In this document: piece by piece, positions 28,687-39,439 of the stretch
How positions within the stretch are numbered: the first letter of the stretch is position 1
Layout of the letters: the number at the start of each line of letters is the position of its first letter
Virus record (IMG/VR): IMGVR_UViG_3300044730_002015
Location: 96,001 to 160,000 of that record
Reading direction: 5' to 3' (one strand)
Length of the DNA stretch: 64,000 bases
From: a virus
Position numbers and translations under genes: made by a program
The notes under the pieces: generated by a model
What the model was told of the DNA's origin: nothing
The model's input: the letters and a program-made list of their open reading frames with translations, nothing else
Databases searched by the model: none

Positions 28687-29145
28687 TCAACTCCCTGTGT
28701 GCAGTTGTAGGTATCCGGGACGGCCCTCAATGAGAGAGAACGATTCTATAAAGCAGTGATGACCGTCACCTGACTCACGTATGGCCGCGTCCGAGGCACG
28801 ATAAAGAGCATTCCAGTCCTTGCCCTCGATTGGAACCACCACTTCTTTATCTCCCCAATGTTCGTCATAGACCACGTGCGTGGCATCTTTGTAGGGATGG
28901 CAGGTGGTCATGTGGTTGACCTGATACAGGCTCCAAGTGGAGCGGAGCCCATAGTGTTGTTGCCAATGTTGGTATTCACGATGTTTTCTGTCGAAGTCCG
29001 CATTGTCCTGCTCATAGGCCGATTTCAGTGCCTCGCGGATACGCTCAGCACCTGTCGCACCATCAAGGCCTTGGTACTGCAATTCCCAAAGGGTGTTGTG
29101 GATGGCTTTGAATTCGTTTTTGGTCACTGTAACGTCGCAATACAT
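28687..29145 (-). CDS. Phage hypothetical protein
   Basis: GGAGG RBS; SGDGHHCFIE...LHTGS. Confidence 0.6.
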   Translation of the reverse strand: MYCDVTVTKNEFKAIHNTLWELQYQGLDGATGAERIREALKSAYEQDNADFDRKHREYQHWQQHYGLRSTWSLYQVNHMTTCHPYKDATHVVYDEHWGDKEVVVPIEGKDWNALYRASDAAIRESGDGHHCFIESFSLIEGRPGYLQLHTGS

Positions 29146-29345
29146 TATGATTCCTCCTTGGAATTTAAACGTAGATATTCTTGATACAATTCAAGACGTT
29201 GATAATATTCGTTCATGATATGCTCCAGGATGCCGGTCTGATCCAAGCGACCACTGCGCTCACGGATAAGTTCCAGGACCTCGCGATCGGCATCAGTGAT
29301 GGTCACAGTGATCTTGACATCTGGATTGGGTCGGAGTTCGCTCAT
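29145..29345 (-). CDS. Small ribbon-helix-helix-like protein
   Basis: KITVTITDADREVLE pattern; TAATG overlap. Confidence 0.4.
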   Translation of the reverse strand: MSELRPNPDVKITVTITDADREVLELIRERSGRLDQTGILEHIMNEYYQRLELYQEYLRLNSKEES

Positions 29346-29755
29346 GATAAAAACCCTAGAACAAATGGAAACTCATACAGCCCGAAAGCAGGCTCACTGA
29401 CAAAGTGATCGCTAGAAATTTCATTGCGGTTGCTCCAGGGCCTGCAGTCGCAGATACTCTTGATTGAGTTCAGCGATCCGCCGTTCATTCTTTGCGTTGG
29501 CTTCCAGATCCAGTTCGCCGCGCACTTCGCAGAGATGGATCAGTTCTTCAATCACATCGTTCATGGTTCTCATATGATCTCCTTTGTGCCGTCGATCCGA
29601 CGGCGTTCCAGTTCCGATTCCAGCAAGTCTCGCACGATGGTGTCCTTGACCCCCATACTCCGGAGGCCTCGATAAAGACTGTATCGTTGTTGTAAGACTT
29701 CGGTGGTGCTCTTCACAATGTCTGCTTTGAGTTCATCCATGGTCATCGTGTCTCC

Positions 29756-30100
29756 TTAGTCTAATCTCGATCCAGCATAAGCTTCAATGCCATACCGTTT
29801 CAGCACTTCGGCATAGGCTTCAGCACCAGCCTCCAGGGTGTCCACATTCTGGCACCCAAACTTTGATGGATTCCAAAGTTGGAGCCCGCCATCGTAGGCC
29901 CGGCGGAAGCCCACTTCTTTAAGACGTCGGCCCAGTTTGGTTGATGCCTTTTCAAACACCGTGACCCAGGCAAAGCCACAGGCCATTTGATCCTGGCCGC
30001 CGAGTTTTTCCTGGAAGAACCGGGCCGCGGCCTGCTCGGCGGCCCGGGTGGCTTCAAAATGTATTTCTTCTATGGATTCAAGACTAATTGTGGTATTCAT
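29756..30100 (-). CDS. Early phage protein
   Basis: CGFAWV...A.AYAEVL..YGI.AYAGSRLD; promoter 30130-30158; AGGAG RBS. Confidence 0.65.
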   Translation of the reverse strand: MNTTISLESIEEIHFEATRAAEQAAARFFQEKLGGQDQMACGFAWVTVFEKASTKLGRRLKEVGFRRAYDGGLQLWNPSKFGCQNVDTLEAGAEAYAEVLKRYGIEAYAGSRLD

Positions 30101-30262
30101 ATCTGCTCCTTTTCATTTACAATACACATATTATAGCAAAAAGGGATTTTTTGGTCAACCTTGGGAAAACCTAGTAGCACTGCGCTCGCGCCACCATTTT
30201 TTAACACGCCAGACCATATAGTGTAACCATTCTTTGCGATGAATCATCATTGCCTCCTTGGG

Positions 30263-30637
30263 TTAAGAATTTGTGGTATGCTTACAGGATTTTCTAAACT
30301 GGAAACCTGGGCAGGTACAAGACCAACCACCGGACCAACGGCTCACGGTGTACTCATTGCCTTTGCTACCTGAAACTGTCCAGGTCTTGACATCTGTGTC
30401 AATTGTGGTCACTGACCCCGAGACGATTTCCAAATCAGTGACAGCCGCGGCATTGATCACTCGTATGGGAAAGTCAGCATCACCGGTAATACAGAATTCT
30501 CTGTCGGTCAGCCACTTGTGTGGCTTGACCACACGGCCTTCGAACACCTGAACACTGGCCCTGGGTGGGATCATGGACGAGGCCATACGGTCGCGTAGCG
30601 TCACACGGATAACACTATCAAGGGCTGGTATTTTCAT
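30263..30637 (-). CDS. SWIM zinc-finger protein
   Basis: GSKGNEYTV...CTCPGFQFRKSCKH. Confidence 0.8.
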   Translation of the reverse strand: MKIPALDSVIRVTLRDRMASSMIPPRASVQVFEGRVVKPHKWLTDREFCITGDADFPIRVINAAAVTDLEIVSGSVTTIDTDVKTWTVSGSKGNEYTVSRWSGGWSCTCPGFQFRKSCKHTTNS

Positions 30638-31119
30638 AGTGTGTTGAATATACGGGATTCTGAATATTCGGTCAACAGGTATTGATGGCTGTCATTTAGA
30701 GCACGATACATCTGTGCCTTGCTTACGCCAAAATGATCATAGCCTTCTTCCAGCATAGTCCAGTAGCCTTCGTCGGGCGGAAAATCCAATTGGCCAGGCG
30801 TCATATGATACACCACGGCGTGATATGTTTGGCCGTGACACACCACGGGCAGGACCTGTCGGGTGTAGTAGTGTGGATAGCCTTCGCGAACATCCAATCT
30901 GGCCAGGTGTTCATCGGTGATCTGCCACAGCACACCGGCCACCGACTGATTGTGAGTGGGCACAACATCAGCGTGGACAGCAAAACGGAACCGCCATTCC
31001 TGCAGATGTGCGGCGCCCAGACTACGAGCAACACCGTCGGCGCTGAGCCGTTCGCTCATGGCATCAGGATTGGTGTTCATGCCATAGGCAAAATAGTAGT
31101 GTAGATTTTTACTGTCCAT
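30634..31119 (-). CDS. Gamma-glutamylcyclotransferase (GGCT/AIG2-like)
   Basis: YFAYGMN, GVLW, LDVREGYP. Confidence 0.85.
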   Translation of the reverse strand: MDSKNLHYYFAYGMNTNPDAMSERLSADGVARSLGAAHLQEWRFRFAVHADVVPTHNQSVAGVLWQITDEHLARLDVREGYPHYYTRQVLPVVCHGQTYHAVVYHMTPGQLDFPPDEGYWTMLEEGYDHFGVSKAQMYRALNDSHQYLLTEYSESRIFNTL

Positions 31120-31177
31120 ACACATATATTAGCATATCTGGGAATTATAGGTCAACCGCAGATTAGTGCCTACTAAC

Positions 31178-32089
31178 CTAGCGTAAACCAGCGATTCTTT
31201 GCGCCATTGCGGCGTACATCTTTGTATCACGCTCGATCAATATAGATCTGCGTCCTTGATTGTGTGCGGCCACACCAGTGGATCCCGATCCAGCAAAGGT
31301 ATCTAGCACTGTGTCACCGGGGCGACTTAGCAAGGCCACAAAGTATTCCAATATTTCTGTGGGCTTTTGTGTAGGATGTATCTTGTCTCGGCCTAGTCCA
31401 CCACTGTAAGTCAAGGTATTGGGTATCACACACTCCACTATGTCATCTTTGCGTTTGCGGCTGTCTAACATGGTCTGTGCCTGCTCTTCGGCCATGGCCA
31501 TGATCTGGGACAAGGCGTAAGTGGGATGATCTTTGATCAGTTTGTATACTATGCTAGAAACTTTGTCGGCTCTAGCATAACGCTCAACGATACTGTGTTC
31601 TTCGGCATCGGCATTGAAGATTCTGGTGCCGCCGGGCTTGATACCAAACAGCACATACTCACAGGCACTCACAGGATTCACTCGGCGATTGAAAGGAACT
31701 GCAGCGGGCTTTTTCCAAGTCCATACTCGCTTGGGTTCAAATCCCTGTGCTTCCATGATCTTCCAAAGATGTGAAATATACTGATCAGAAATGAACACAG
31801 CAAAGGCTCCACCTTTTCGTAGTTTGCTGTGCCATACACCGGCCCAGGATTCCATTTGCTGTAAGAATTCTTCGTGACTCACGCTGTCCCAATCCTGCTC
31901 AAAACTTTCACTGAAACGCTGGCTGTGTATGGTATTTTTGTTTTGACCAGTTTCAGGATCAATCCACTCAGGTTTGGCGCCACCATCACTGATGTTGTAC
32001 GGTGGATCAGTCAACAGCAGATCCACAGAGCCGGCGGCAATTTGATCATGCACCAATAGGAAATCACCTGTGATTGTTTTTACAGTCAT
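31178..32089 (-). CDS. DNA N6-adenine/N4-cytosine methyltransferase, beta class
   Basis: TDPPYN, HPTQKP, DTFAGSGST. Confidence 0.92.
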   Translation of the reverse strand: MTVKTITGDFLLVHDQIAAGSVDLLLTDPPYNISDGGAKPEWIDPETGQNKNTIHSQRFSESFEQDWDSVSHEEFLQQMESWAGVWHSKLRKGGAFAVFISDQYISHLWKIMEAQGFEPKRVWTWKKPAAVPFNRRVNPVSACEYVLFGIKPGGTRIFNADAEEHSIVERYARADKVSSIVYKLIKDHPTYALSQIMAMAEEQAQTMLDSRKRKDDIVECVIPNTLTYSGGLGRDKIHPTQKPTEILEYFVALLSRPGDTVLDTFAGSGSTGVAAHNQGRRSILIERDTKMYAAMAQRIAGLR

Positions 32090-32120
32090 ACTATTATTTT
32101 AGCAGAAACCAGGTATGTGG

Positions 32121-33614
32121 TCAAGAGAATTGGATGTGGAATCCAGGAGCGTTTTGATCAGGAGTGTCGGTGCCAGCATGATACTGAAAACCAAATTTTA
32201 AATCTTTGAAAGGAGTTTCACTGACTTGAATAGATCCGTTTTTATTGATAGTAATCCAGGCAGCCTTGGCGTTTTTCTTTGTCATGACATTGGTAATTGT
32301 CTGAGCCATGTCCTTGGCATCTTCGCCTTCTACCACTGCATTACGGAATGCCATGCCCAACATATAAGTCAGCTGTCTGCTGGCTGCTCTTTTAAAATTA
32401 GCGTCAAACTTGGCTCGGGATCTTGGTATACCTACGGGTTTGACATTTTTTCCGCGTGTTCGGCCTGCTGCCAACGCTGCAGGCATGATGGTGTCGATGT
32501 AGGCGGTATACAGGTCCTTTTGACCTTGGGGAGTCTGCGACAACTTATCAATTAGATTGGACACAGCAGATTCCATTTCTGCATAGTTGGTAGGAGCGGT
32601 GCCTAAAATCTGATTCAGTTTTGTGGCTTCAGGAACTTGGGCTTTTTGGGCTGCTCTTATCAGTTTGTCGTTGGTCTTGCCTTCTTTGCTGATAAAATCT
32701 TTTAGAATAGCAAAATACTTGTCAGCATTCCAAGCCGAATCGCTGGCGAGCATGCTTTGCTCATAATCATCGATCAGATCGCGTATGGCGGCAAAACTAT
32801 TACCGCTGCCGCCAAGACTTTTTACAGCCACTGGGGTGCCTTTGACTGTGACATCGATCAAGGGAGTGTTAGATACCGCCGAAAAGGAAATTACATCATT
32901 GGCATTTTGAGCCAGCACTATGGGAGTCAATATTTCACCAAAATCCTGACTTATAAGATTCAAACAGGGTGTAATATGATCCATGAGTTCAGGATCAATA
33001 GATTGTCTTTGACCTGCTGCCACATCTATCAACTGTGACAATGCCTGCTGTAGTTTTATGTCAGACGGGATAACAGCAGGAAGATTCTTTTTGACCAAGG
33101 CTATCATCTGTTGCTTGGTGAGATCGATACCTTTGAGCCCAAATTTTTCTGGGCGCAACATTTGTATGCCAACTTGGCATTTACCCTCGGCGCCTACAGG
33201 TCCACCCTTGCCAGCAATGACCACTGTAAAAACTGTGCCATCTCTGCCGGTGGCGGTGTAGATACTGTCTTTGTAAGTGCCCGACACCATTTGCGTGGGA
33301 TTGGTGGTTTTTGTCAAAGGCAAACCATTTTTTGCCAGCAATTCTACCACTCTATCTTTGGGCAAGGCATTGAGTATTCTAATACTAGGAATCAACTTAT
33401 TGGCGTTGGGATCTTCCACATCGTTGCGTACATTTACCGATGGAAACTCCTTGGCTAGAATGCTTTTGATTGATTCTATAGGCTGCTGTTGCTCTAATTT
33501 GTTGGCATATTTGACACCATTGATTTCAAAAGGTCCCATGCCCTTGGCTCTGGAACGCTTATTGACGTCAGCAGTTGGGGTATCTTGCTCTCTCAGCATT
33601 TCTATAAATCGCAT
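32121..33614 (-). CDS. Large hypothetical protein with possible PD-(D/E)xK nuclease fold
   Basis: DFGE...NTPLID...AVKS; TAAATA-N5-ATG; MRFIEMLRE N-terminus. Confidence 0.45.
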   Translation of the reverse strand: MRFIEMLREQDTPTADVNKRSRAKGMGPFEINGVKYANKLEQQQPIESIKSILAKEFPSVNVRNDVEDPNANKLIPSIRILNALPKDRVVELLAKNGLPLTKTTNPTQMVSGTYKDSIYTATGRDGTVFTVVIAGKGGPVGAEGKCQVGIQMLRPEKFGLKGIDLTKQQMIALVKKNLPAVIPSDIKLQQALSQLIDVAAGQRQSIDPELMDHITPCLNLISQDFGEILTPIVLAQNANDVISFSAVSNTPLIDVTVKGTPVAVKSLGGSGNSFAAIRDLIDDYEQSMLASDSAWNADKYFAILKDFISKEGKTNDKLIRAAQKAQVPEATKLNQILGTAPTNYAEMESAVSNLIDKLSQTPQGQKDLYTAYIDTIMPAALAAGRTRGKNVKPVGIPRSRAKFDANFKRAASRQLTYMLGMAFRNAVVEGEDAKDMAQTITNVMTKKNAKAAWITINKNGSIQVSETPFKDLKFGFQYHAGTDTPDQNAPGFHIQFS

Positions 33615-33618
33615 CTAA

Positions 33619-33927
33619 CTATTTATTGGTGTCGGCATTGTCCTCGATTTGTACCATAATCATGCGATAAGCGTCATGATTCCTGCTGGAACCATCGGCA
33701 TTTTCCCAAGAGTCGGTCCATTGTTGTATGCGAGGATCTACTGCAGAAGAGAATTTAACACTGTACAATTGCCCGTGTGGCCACTCTATGGATTCAAGGG
33801 CAACATCCTGCTGTGCAAACCATCGTAAGATATCCCTGTGCAGGCCTGATTCTAAGTCCAACAATTGAAGCAGATAAATCGAGTTACCTTCGCCGGCATC
33901 TGCTATGGTATCATGCAGACTGTTCAT
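33619..33927 (-). CDS. Hypothetical protein
   Basis: ATGA overlap with clpP. Confidence 0.5.
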   Translation of the reverse strand: MNSLHDTIADAGEGNSIYLLQLLDLESGLHRDILRWFAQQDVALESIEWPHGQLYSVKFSSAVDPRIQQWTDSWENADGSSRNHDAYRMIMVQIEDNADTNK

Positions 33928-34514
33928 AGATCGCGCTGTGTGACTATCTTGTCCACCAAACCATATTGCAGAGCCTGATCTGCAGTCATGAAGTTGTCTC
34001 TTTCCATGTCGTGGCGCAAGGCTTCATAATCACGGCCGGTGTGCCGAACATAGATGTTGATCAGGACTTCTTTCCAGCGCAAGAGTTCTCGTGCCTGGAT
34101 CTCAACGTCGGTGGCCTGCCCCGAGGCACCGCCCAGAGGTTGGTGTATCATGTGTCTGGCATTGGGTAGGATATAGCGTTTTCCGGCACTTCCGGCCGCA
34201 GCCAACAACGATCCCATTGACGCGGCCTGTCCCAATACGATGGTGCTGACATCACACTTGATGAACTGCATGGTATCATATATGCTCATGCCCGCAGTGA
34301 CTGAACCACCCGGTGAGTTGATATAGAATTGTATGTCTTTGTCGGGATCTTCGGATTCCAAAAACAACAGTTGTGCCACTATCAAACTGGCCGAGTGTTG
34401 ACTGACTTCGGTGTCCAGCATGATGATACGATCTTTGAGCAAGCGACTGTAGATGTCATAACTGCGTTCACCTTTGGAAGTTTGTTCCAAGACGATGGGT
34501 ACTAGATTAGGCAT
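33924..34514 (-). CDS. clpP: ATP-dependent Clp protease proteolytic subunit
   Basis: [27 protein letters not shown] (Ser), MIHQP (His), RDNFM (Asp). Confidence 0.97.
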   Translation of the reverse strand: MPNLVPIVLEQTSKGERSYDIYSRLLKDRIIMLDTEVSQHSASLIVAQLLFLESEDPDKDIQFYINSPGGSVTAGMSIYDTMQFIKCDVSTIVLGQAASMGSLLAAAGSAGKRYILPNARHMIHQPLGGASGQATDVEIQARELLRWKEVLINIYVRHTGRDYEALRHDMERDNFMTADQALQYGLVDKIVTQRDL

Positions 34515-34522
34515 GATTTCCT

Positions 34523-35179
34523 TTATCGGTCTGAATTAATGGGAGTATCTTTAACTATTTTGGGGATCTTGGGCAGTTTGCCGGATTTGCTTTTTTCAGA
34601 AAATTCTTGATAGTTGCCGCCAATGTGATCGCAGATGTTTAATTTCATGGCCTCGTCGGCAGACAACCAAACATCCTGGCTGGGCAACAGGTACTTGCGT
34701 ATGCTGGCATCTGACGCACCTGTACAACGACGATAGTGCTCAATCATACGCTGCTCAGTGAGTTTGAATTCCTTGACCGTGGCAAACAGTTCATGAGCCT
34801 TGCCTTCAGTTTGCCAAGAGAACTGATGGCTTAGGATAGAAGTATTGGGAGTGAGTATTCTGCGCCCTTTGGTGCCCGCCATGAATATCAATAGGCCACA
34901 GCTGGCTATGCAACCCAAGCCCACAGTTTTGATAGGCACTGTGGAAGAATTCATTACATCGATCAAGGCAAATGCTTCGGAAATGTCCCCACCGCCACTG
35001 CAGATCATGAGCAACAGTTCCTTTTTCTTGACCTTGGCCAGGTGGTTTTCAAATAGTATCCATTCGATAATGGGTTTCATAGATTCAGCAGAAACTGCAT
35101 CCATGAACACATACATTCCTGCGTCCATCAACGATTGACTATGGCTTTTGTCCAAATCTTCAGTATCTTGTGTGCTCAT
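34523..35179 (-). CDS. Second, divergent ClpP-family protease
   Basis: [24 protein letters not shown]. Confidence 0.85.
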   Translation of the reverse strand: MSTQDTEDLDKSHSQSLMDAGMYVFMDAVSAESMKPIIEWILFENHLAKVKKKELLLMICSGGGDISEAFALIDVMNSSTVPIKTVGLGCIASCGLLIFMAGTKGRRILTPNTSILSHQFSWQTEGKAHELFATVKEFKLTEQRMIEHYRRCTGASDASIRKYLLPSQDVWLSADEAMKLNICDHIGGNYQEFSEKSKSGKLPKIPKIVKDTPINSDR

Positions 35180-35227
35180 GATATTATTGTACGGGAGTTT
35201 ATTACTTAATGCAATACGCACTGGCAA

Positions 35228-35261
35228 ATAAAAAAGGCCCCGATAAACCAATACCGGGGCC
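35228..35261 (-). terminator. Intrinsic terminator
   Basis: GGCCCCG...CGGGGCC stem followed by T6 on the minus strand. Confidence 0.6.
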
Positions 35262-35477
35262 AAGCACTGCTAGGAGGTAAACTTACTGGAAATTTCTGAT
35301 GGCAATTTCTTGCTTGATACGCAGATCTATCATACGATCAATGGTGCTTTTATTGTCAATGGCTTCATACATAGTTTCCAAATCTAAGAGTTCTGAAAAA
35401 CTGCTGTTCTGTATCATGTGTTCTTCCATTGATATGGGATTTATCACAGTCATTTTATTGATCCTTGTGTTATCAGA

Positions 35478-36551
35478 TTAACAGCCGGTACGTCCGGTGC
35501 CCCACTTGATTTCTGCCGAAACTGTATTCAAACTACGGATGTAATCAGAACTGAGTCCGGGCATTGAGAATTCAAATGAAATCGTACGACTGGAATCAAG
35601 GTAAATCTGTTTTTGATTATAGTCAATGATGCCACCCAGATGCAGTTGGCGGCACATACTGCTTTGCTCGCCAGTGACTGTTTCTAACTTGTAGTGTATG
35701 GTCAATATCTTGTAAACCGGATATCTCTGTTCTAAGCCTGTACGCACAGCATTTAGGATACTGGGATTATTGAATCCAAACTCGCTCATATTGGTGCCAA
35801 ACCATTGCCCAGGATAGCGCATACGGATTTTTTCTCGCTCAGGACAACCGTCATAATTGGTGGCACCATTGTTGCAAGGAACCAAAGGTCCGGCATTTTT
35901 CAATGCCTCCCAGAGAGCAAACACATAGTCATTGTTCCACTTGACCGTGGTAGGCAACACCAGAGTACCATCGCGACCCATTTTAGCATTGACTTTCACA
36001 TCATAGGCGCGATGTGGATAATCTACCAACACACTTTCAACAGCACGAGTAGTGGTCGAAACGCTGTTATTATAACTGTCCAGTGTGTCGGCAAAACGAT
36101 TGCCGTCGATACGTCCTGATCCGCGGCTTTCGGCCAAGAATCTGTCTGCTATGCGGCTTTCGGTGACCCAAACGTCCAGTATCACTTCAACCGCATTACC
36201 CAACTGACGTTCGCTGACTACTCGGCTGTCCTCAACATAGCCGGCACTGGCCACTATGATCTCGTTACGCACCACAGCCTGATTCCTAATTTCAACTGTG
36301 CTGAGAGATAGCGCACCCAGAGCCTGTTCTACAGCCAACTTATAACCTGCTTGTATGGCCTGGTGGCGATCTTGCGCCGAACTGCGGACCTGAATGTAGT
36401 AGACTTTTTTACGGTCTTTGATGATCCATTGGCCCACTGTGATAGCCACCGAAATTGGACTGGGCAACAGCATTTGGCCCAAGGGAGCGGCCGCGGCCGA
36501 TAGTGTGGTAGTTATCAAGGCCGCGGCTATGGCTGTTTTAAGAGTTCGCAT
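35478..36551 (-). CDS. Secreted protein with LPP20/FlgT-N-like region
   Basis: Signal peptide; AIQAGYKLAVEQALG...GYVED pattern. Confidence 0.5.
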   Translation of the reverse strand: MRTLKTAIAAALITTTLSAAAAPLGQMLLPSPISVAITVGQWIIKDRKKVYYIQVRSSAQDRHQAIQAGYKLAVEQALGALSLSTVEIRNQAVVRNEIIVASAGYVEDSRVVSERQLGNAVEVILDVWVTESRIADRFLAESRGSGRIDGNRFADTLDSYNNSVSTTTRAVESVLVDYPHRAYDVKVNAKMGRDGTLVLPTTVKWNNDYVFALWEALKNAGPLVPCNNGATNYDGCPEREKIRMRYPGQWFGTNMSEFGFNNPSILNAVRTGLEQRYPVYKILTIHYKLETVTGEQSSMCRQLHLGGIIDYNQKQIYLDSSRTISFEFSMPGLSSDYIRSLNTVSAEIKWGTGRTGC

Positions 36552-36574
36552 TTTAGTCTCCAGATAATCTAAGA

Positions 36575-37192
36575 TTATCGGCTGCGAAGCATCAGGCCAC
36601 GAATCTGGTCTGCGGCGCCTTGTTGCTTTTCACTCCACTCGTACACAGCAACATAAGTCCGGCCACCGTCCACAGTGTAATCACGGGCCTTACGCATACC
36701 TCGCAATTTTCCAGCACTGGTAATAGTGGTCAAGGCCGTCACTAGAGTTTCGTCCACGCGGCTGGCCTGGCGCTGTGCGGTATGATTGGCCTTGCCCTCG
36801 CTGGCTTCTAATTCACGGCTAGTAGATTCGGTGATGCCACGATCCTGCGCCCGTTCAATGGCACGACCAATGACTTTGATACGTCGATCACTGCTGACAT
36901 TTTCGCCGTGTAAGAATTTGGTAAGTTTTACCTTGGCATCAGCTTCGGCCAGTAAATCGTGATTACCTTTCCACACTGGCGCCGAACCTAGAACTTCAAT
37001 TCTGTCAACATTACCAAACATGGTATAATAGATCTTGATACCTTCGTCCACGAACTCAGTAGACAGACGTTGATCCTTGACAGCCACACGATCTTCGCTG
37101 GCGCCAAAACCTGCGCCAACTTTTGCTGTAGACGAGCAACCAGTGATGCCTACAACAGCCAACAACGATAATGCGATTACAGTCTTTTTCAT
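36575..37192 (-). CDS. Lipoprotein
   Basis: MKK + hydrophobic core + lipobox ITGC; GGAGG RBS; promoter 37224-37252. Confidence 0.7.
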   Translation of the reverse strand: MKKTVIALSLLAVVGITGCSSTAKVGAGFGASEDRVAVKDQRLSTEFVDEGIKIYYTMFGNVDRIEVLGSAPVWKGNHDLLAEADAKVKLTKFLHGENVSSDRRIKVIGRAIERAQDRGITESTSRELEASEGKANHTAQRQASRVDETLVTALTTITSAGKLRGMRKARDYTVDGGRTYVAVYEWSEKQQGAADQIRGLMLRSR

Positions 37193-37342
37193 ACTTGCCT
37201 CCTATGGCAGTTATTGTCTAATAATAATACAGCAAACATCTTTTTTGGTCAAGTTTGAGTGATCCAAAAAACGGCGCCTATCACGGCACCTAGGCCAGCA
37301 GACCCCAAACATATGCCCATGGTTTCCGCTAGATTCCAAAAT

Positions 37343-37900
37343 TCAGTTGTTACCTTCATCGGCCCATTCCTCCATTGATTCACTGATGCCAAAATAGTCA
37401 TCAAGATATTCTGGTATGCTTTCACGTACCCCATCAGCATCGCCGGGAATTTCATAGCAGTCGTCTGCGCCGTTGTCCCAGTGGCCAACAAATGAACAGC
37501 CGGGCTCATAATAGTATGCGGAAACTTCAAACCCTTGCTCCACCATACGGTCGTAGAATGCCAAGGGCGGCGACCAAGCGGTGTCAAATATCAATTCCAT
37601 CGACTGATCCGAATCGCTGTTGATGGTGATGTTGTTGGCGTCCCACTTGGTGCCCCATTCACTGACGCAAAAGTCATACCAATCCTTGTAGCCGTGTGAG
37701 TCACGATTGGCATCCTGTAGCATTTCCAATTTTTCCTGCTCTACCACATCGCCCAGTTGCCCTGCGGTGATGTTCAAGGATGCTGGCATTGGCACAAAAG
37801 TCTGGAACAATTCATTGCGGTCAACTGCTTGTTGTACCAGGCTCATCATGGCCGGATCCTCGTGTCTGAGTCGCAGAGTATTGGCGCACCAGTTGGGCAT
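37343..37900 (-). CDS. DUF1281/YubB-like ferredoxin-fold protein
   Basis: MPNWCAN, WYDFCVSEWGTKWD, FDTAWSPP, YYEPG. Confidence 0.8.
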   Translation of the reverse strand: MPNWCANTLRLRHEDPAMMSLVQQAVDRNELFQTFVPMPASLNITAGQLGDVVEQEKLEMLQDANRDSHGYKDWYDFCVSEWGTKWDANNITINSDSDQSMELIFDTAWSPPLAFYDRMVEQGFEVSAYYYEPGCSFVGHWDNGADDCYEIPGDADGVRESIPEYLDDYFGISESMEEWADEGNN

Positions 37901-37903
37901 GAT

Positions 37904-38083
37904 TATGCTCCTGAGGGTGCCGGCGCACCAATACCACAGGCGGCAAAGAACCGTTGCTCATCAAATCTAGCATTGGCCAATTTACAGGCCGAGGCCACTG
38001 CCACAGCGGCTTGCAGGCGAGCGTGTGGATCCAGGATCATTTGAATATAGTCTGCCAAAAGTTTGAAATGTTTCTTGCTCATT
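37904..38083 (-). CDS. Small phage protein (MSKKHFKLLA...RFDEQRFFAACG), not in ORF track
   Basis: Manual translation; AGGAG RBS. Confidence 0.55.
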
Positions 38084-38098
38084 GCAGTATCTCCTGGA

Positions 38099-38401
38099 TT
38101 ACATTGACCAATAGGTTTCGCTGGAAGGCGAGCAGAAGTAAGGAGTGTCTACATCTTCCATGAACTTCTGGCCCGTCATGATATTGGTGCGCTCTACCTT
38201 GGTTGGTAGGTTGTGAGCGTGGCGGAACTTCTGGAGATTGTCCTGGCTCACGATCACCAGTTCTGCTTCACGGAAGCCCTGCTTGGTCACCACTCTGGTG
38301 CGACAGGCCTTGGCCGCGGCCTGTGTCTTGTAGGCCTGCCAGCGACCACCACGATCAGTGATGATATTGCCGGTGTTTTGATGAACTAGGTAGTATGCCA
38401 T
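38099..38401 (-). CDS. Early phage protein
   Basis: C-terminal NIMTG..F.E..DTP.FCSPSSETYWSM; promoter and RBS. Confidence 0.65.
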   Translation of the reverse strand: MAYYLVHQNTGNIITDRGGRWQAYKTQAAAKACRTRVVTKQGFREAELVIVSQDNLQKFRHAHNLPTKVERTNIMTGQKFMEDVDTPYFCSPSSETYWSM

Positions 38402-38690
38402 TTTGTTGCTCCTTTTTTTACTGTATGTCTATATTATAGCAAAATGGGAATTTCTGGTCAACCGCGGCGTTTTTGGATTTCACGCAGGGTTTCAATGTGG
38501 CGCTCGTTTTCCAAGCGGGTTTCACGGATCAAAGCATAGGCCTGTCCTAGATTGAAAATAGCAAAGCCACCGCAGGCCATGACAAATATGGTTACAATAG
38601 TATCTACTGTCATCTACATCTCCTTGTGATTTACTATACCCATATTTTAGCACGGGCTGAATTTCTGGTCAACCGTGGAAAAACAGCCAA

Positions 38691-38719
38691 AAAATAACCC
38701 TGCGCAGGGCAGGGTTATT
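38691..38719. terminator. Intrinsic terminator
   Basis: AATAACCCTGC-GCAGG-GCAGGGTTATT with T-run on the minus strand. Confidence 0.65.
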
Positions 38720-39051
38720 AGGTAAGTGACTGCTAACTTAGCAACGGCAATCCAAGGACATTATTTTCCTGGCCAAGGCATAGTTGCCATTACGACTGTG
38801 ATAAGCAGCCGCGCGAGACCGTCCCCAAGAACAGGCCACAGCATATAAAAATTTGCCAATGTTTGATAAGATCTTTTTCATAATAACAATTCCTTTTGCG
38901 TGCTCCACTGCTGCCAATACCATTGATATCCTGACCCATATCTCAGTTTCAGGTACCACATTATCAATGGATCGTACAGTGTACCAATGATTTCTGCCTG
39001 CTGATCCGTCAACCGAATCTTGCTAGGCAGAAATCCAAACCAAAACATCAA

Positions 39052-39273
39052 TTACTTGACAGCAACAGCAGACTCTAAGGCCTTGCGTGTTTCAGCAGCC
39101 ACAACCAAGGTTGCGTCAACTGTGGCTTTGGCCAAGCCAAACTGTGCGTCCAGCAATTTCTGAACTGAAGTTTTTACAGCGCCCGAAGGTACAGCAGCCA
39201 AAAACACTTCTGCGTTTTTCTCTGCGGACTTGAGGATTTCGTTGATATCAAACATTTTGGTAAATTGTTCCAT
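39052..39273 (-). CDS. Phasin-like amphipathic helical protein (tentative)
   Basis: Ala/Lys-rich amphipathic helices; AGGA RBS; TGC-N3-GCA box in its promoter. Confidence 0.45.
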   Translation of the reverse strand: MEQFTKMFDINEILKSAEKNAEVFLAAVPSGAVKTSVQKLLDAQFGLAKATVDATLVVAAETRKALESAVAVK

Positions 39274-39439
39274 TTTAATTTCCTTTCATAAGCGATTATG
39301 GAATGTGAACCCGGACCATCCGGCACTCACTACAACATCTATTGTATATGAATTTATGTTGCGTTGCAATATGTTATCTCGCCAGATAATGAAGTTTTGG
39401 CAAAATTGCGTTAGACATTAAATAACTGCATCTAAGGAG

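Noticed and set aside
38989-39035. Long hairpin GATTTCTGCCT...AGGCAGAAATC as a standalone ncRNA
   Set aside because: It lies within a plausible 56-aa ORF (38878-39048, minus) coupled by ATGA to the next gene; it may be mRNA structure only
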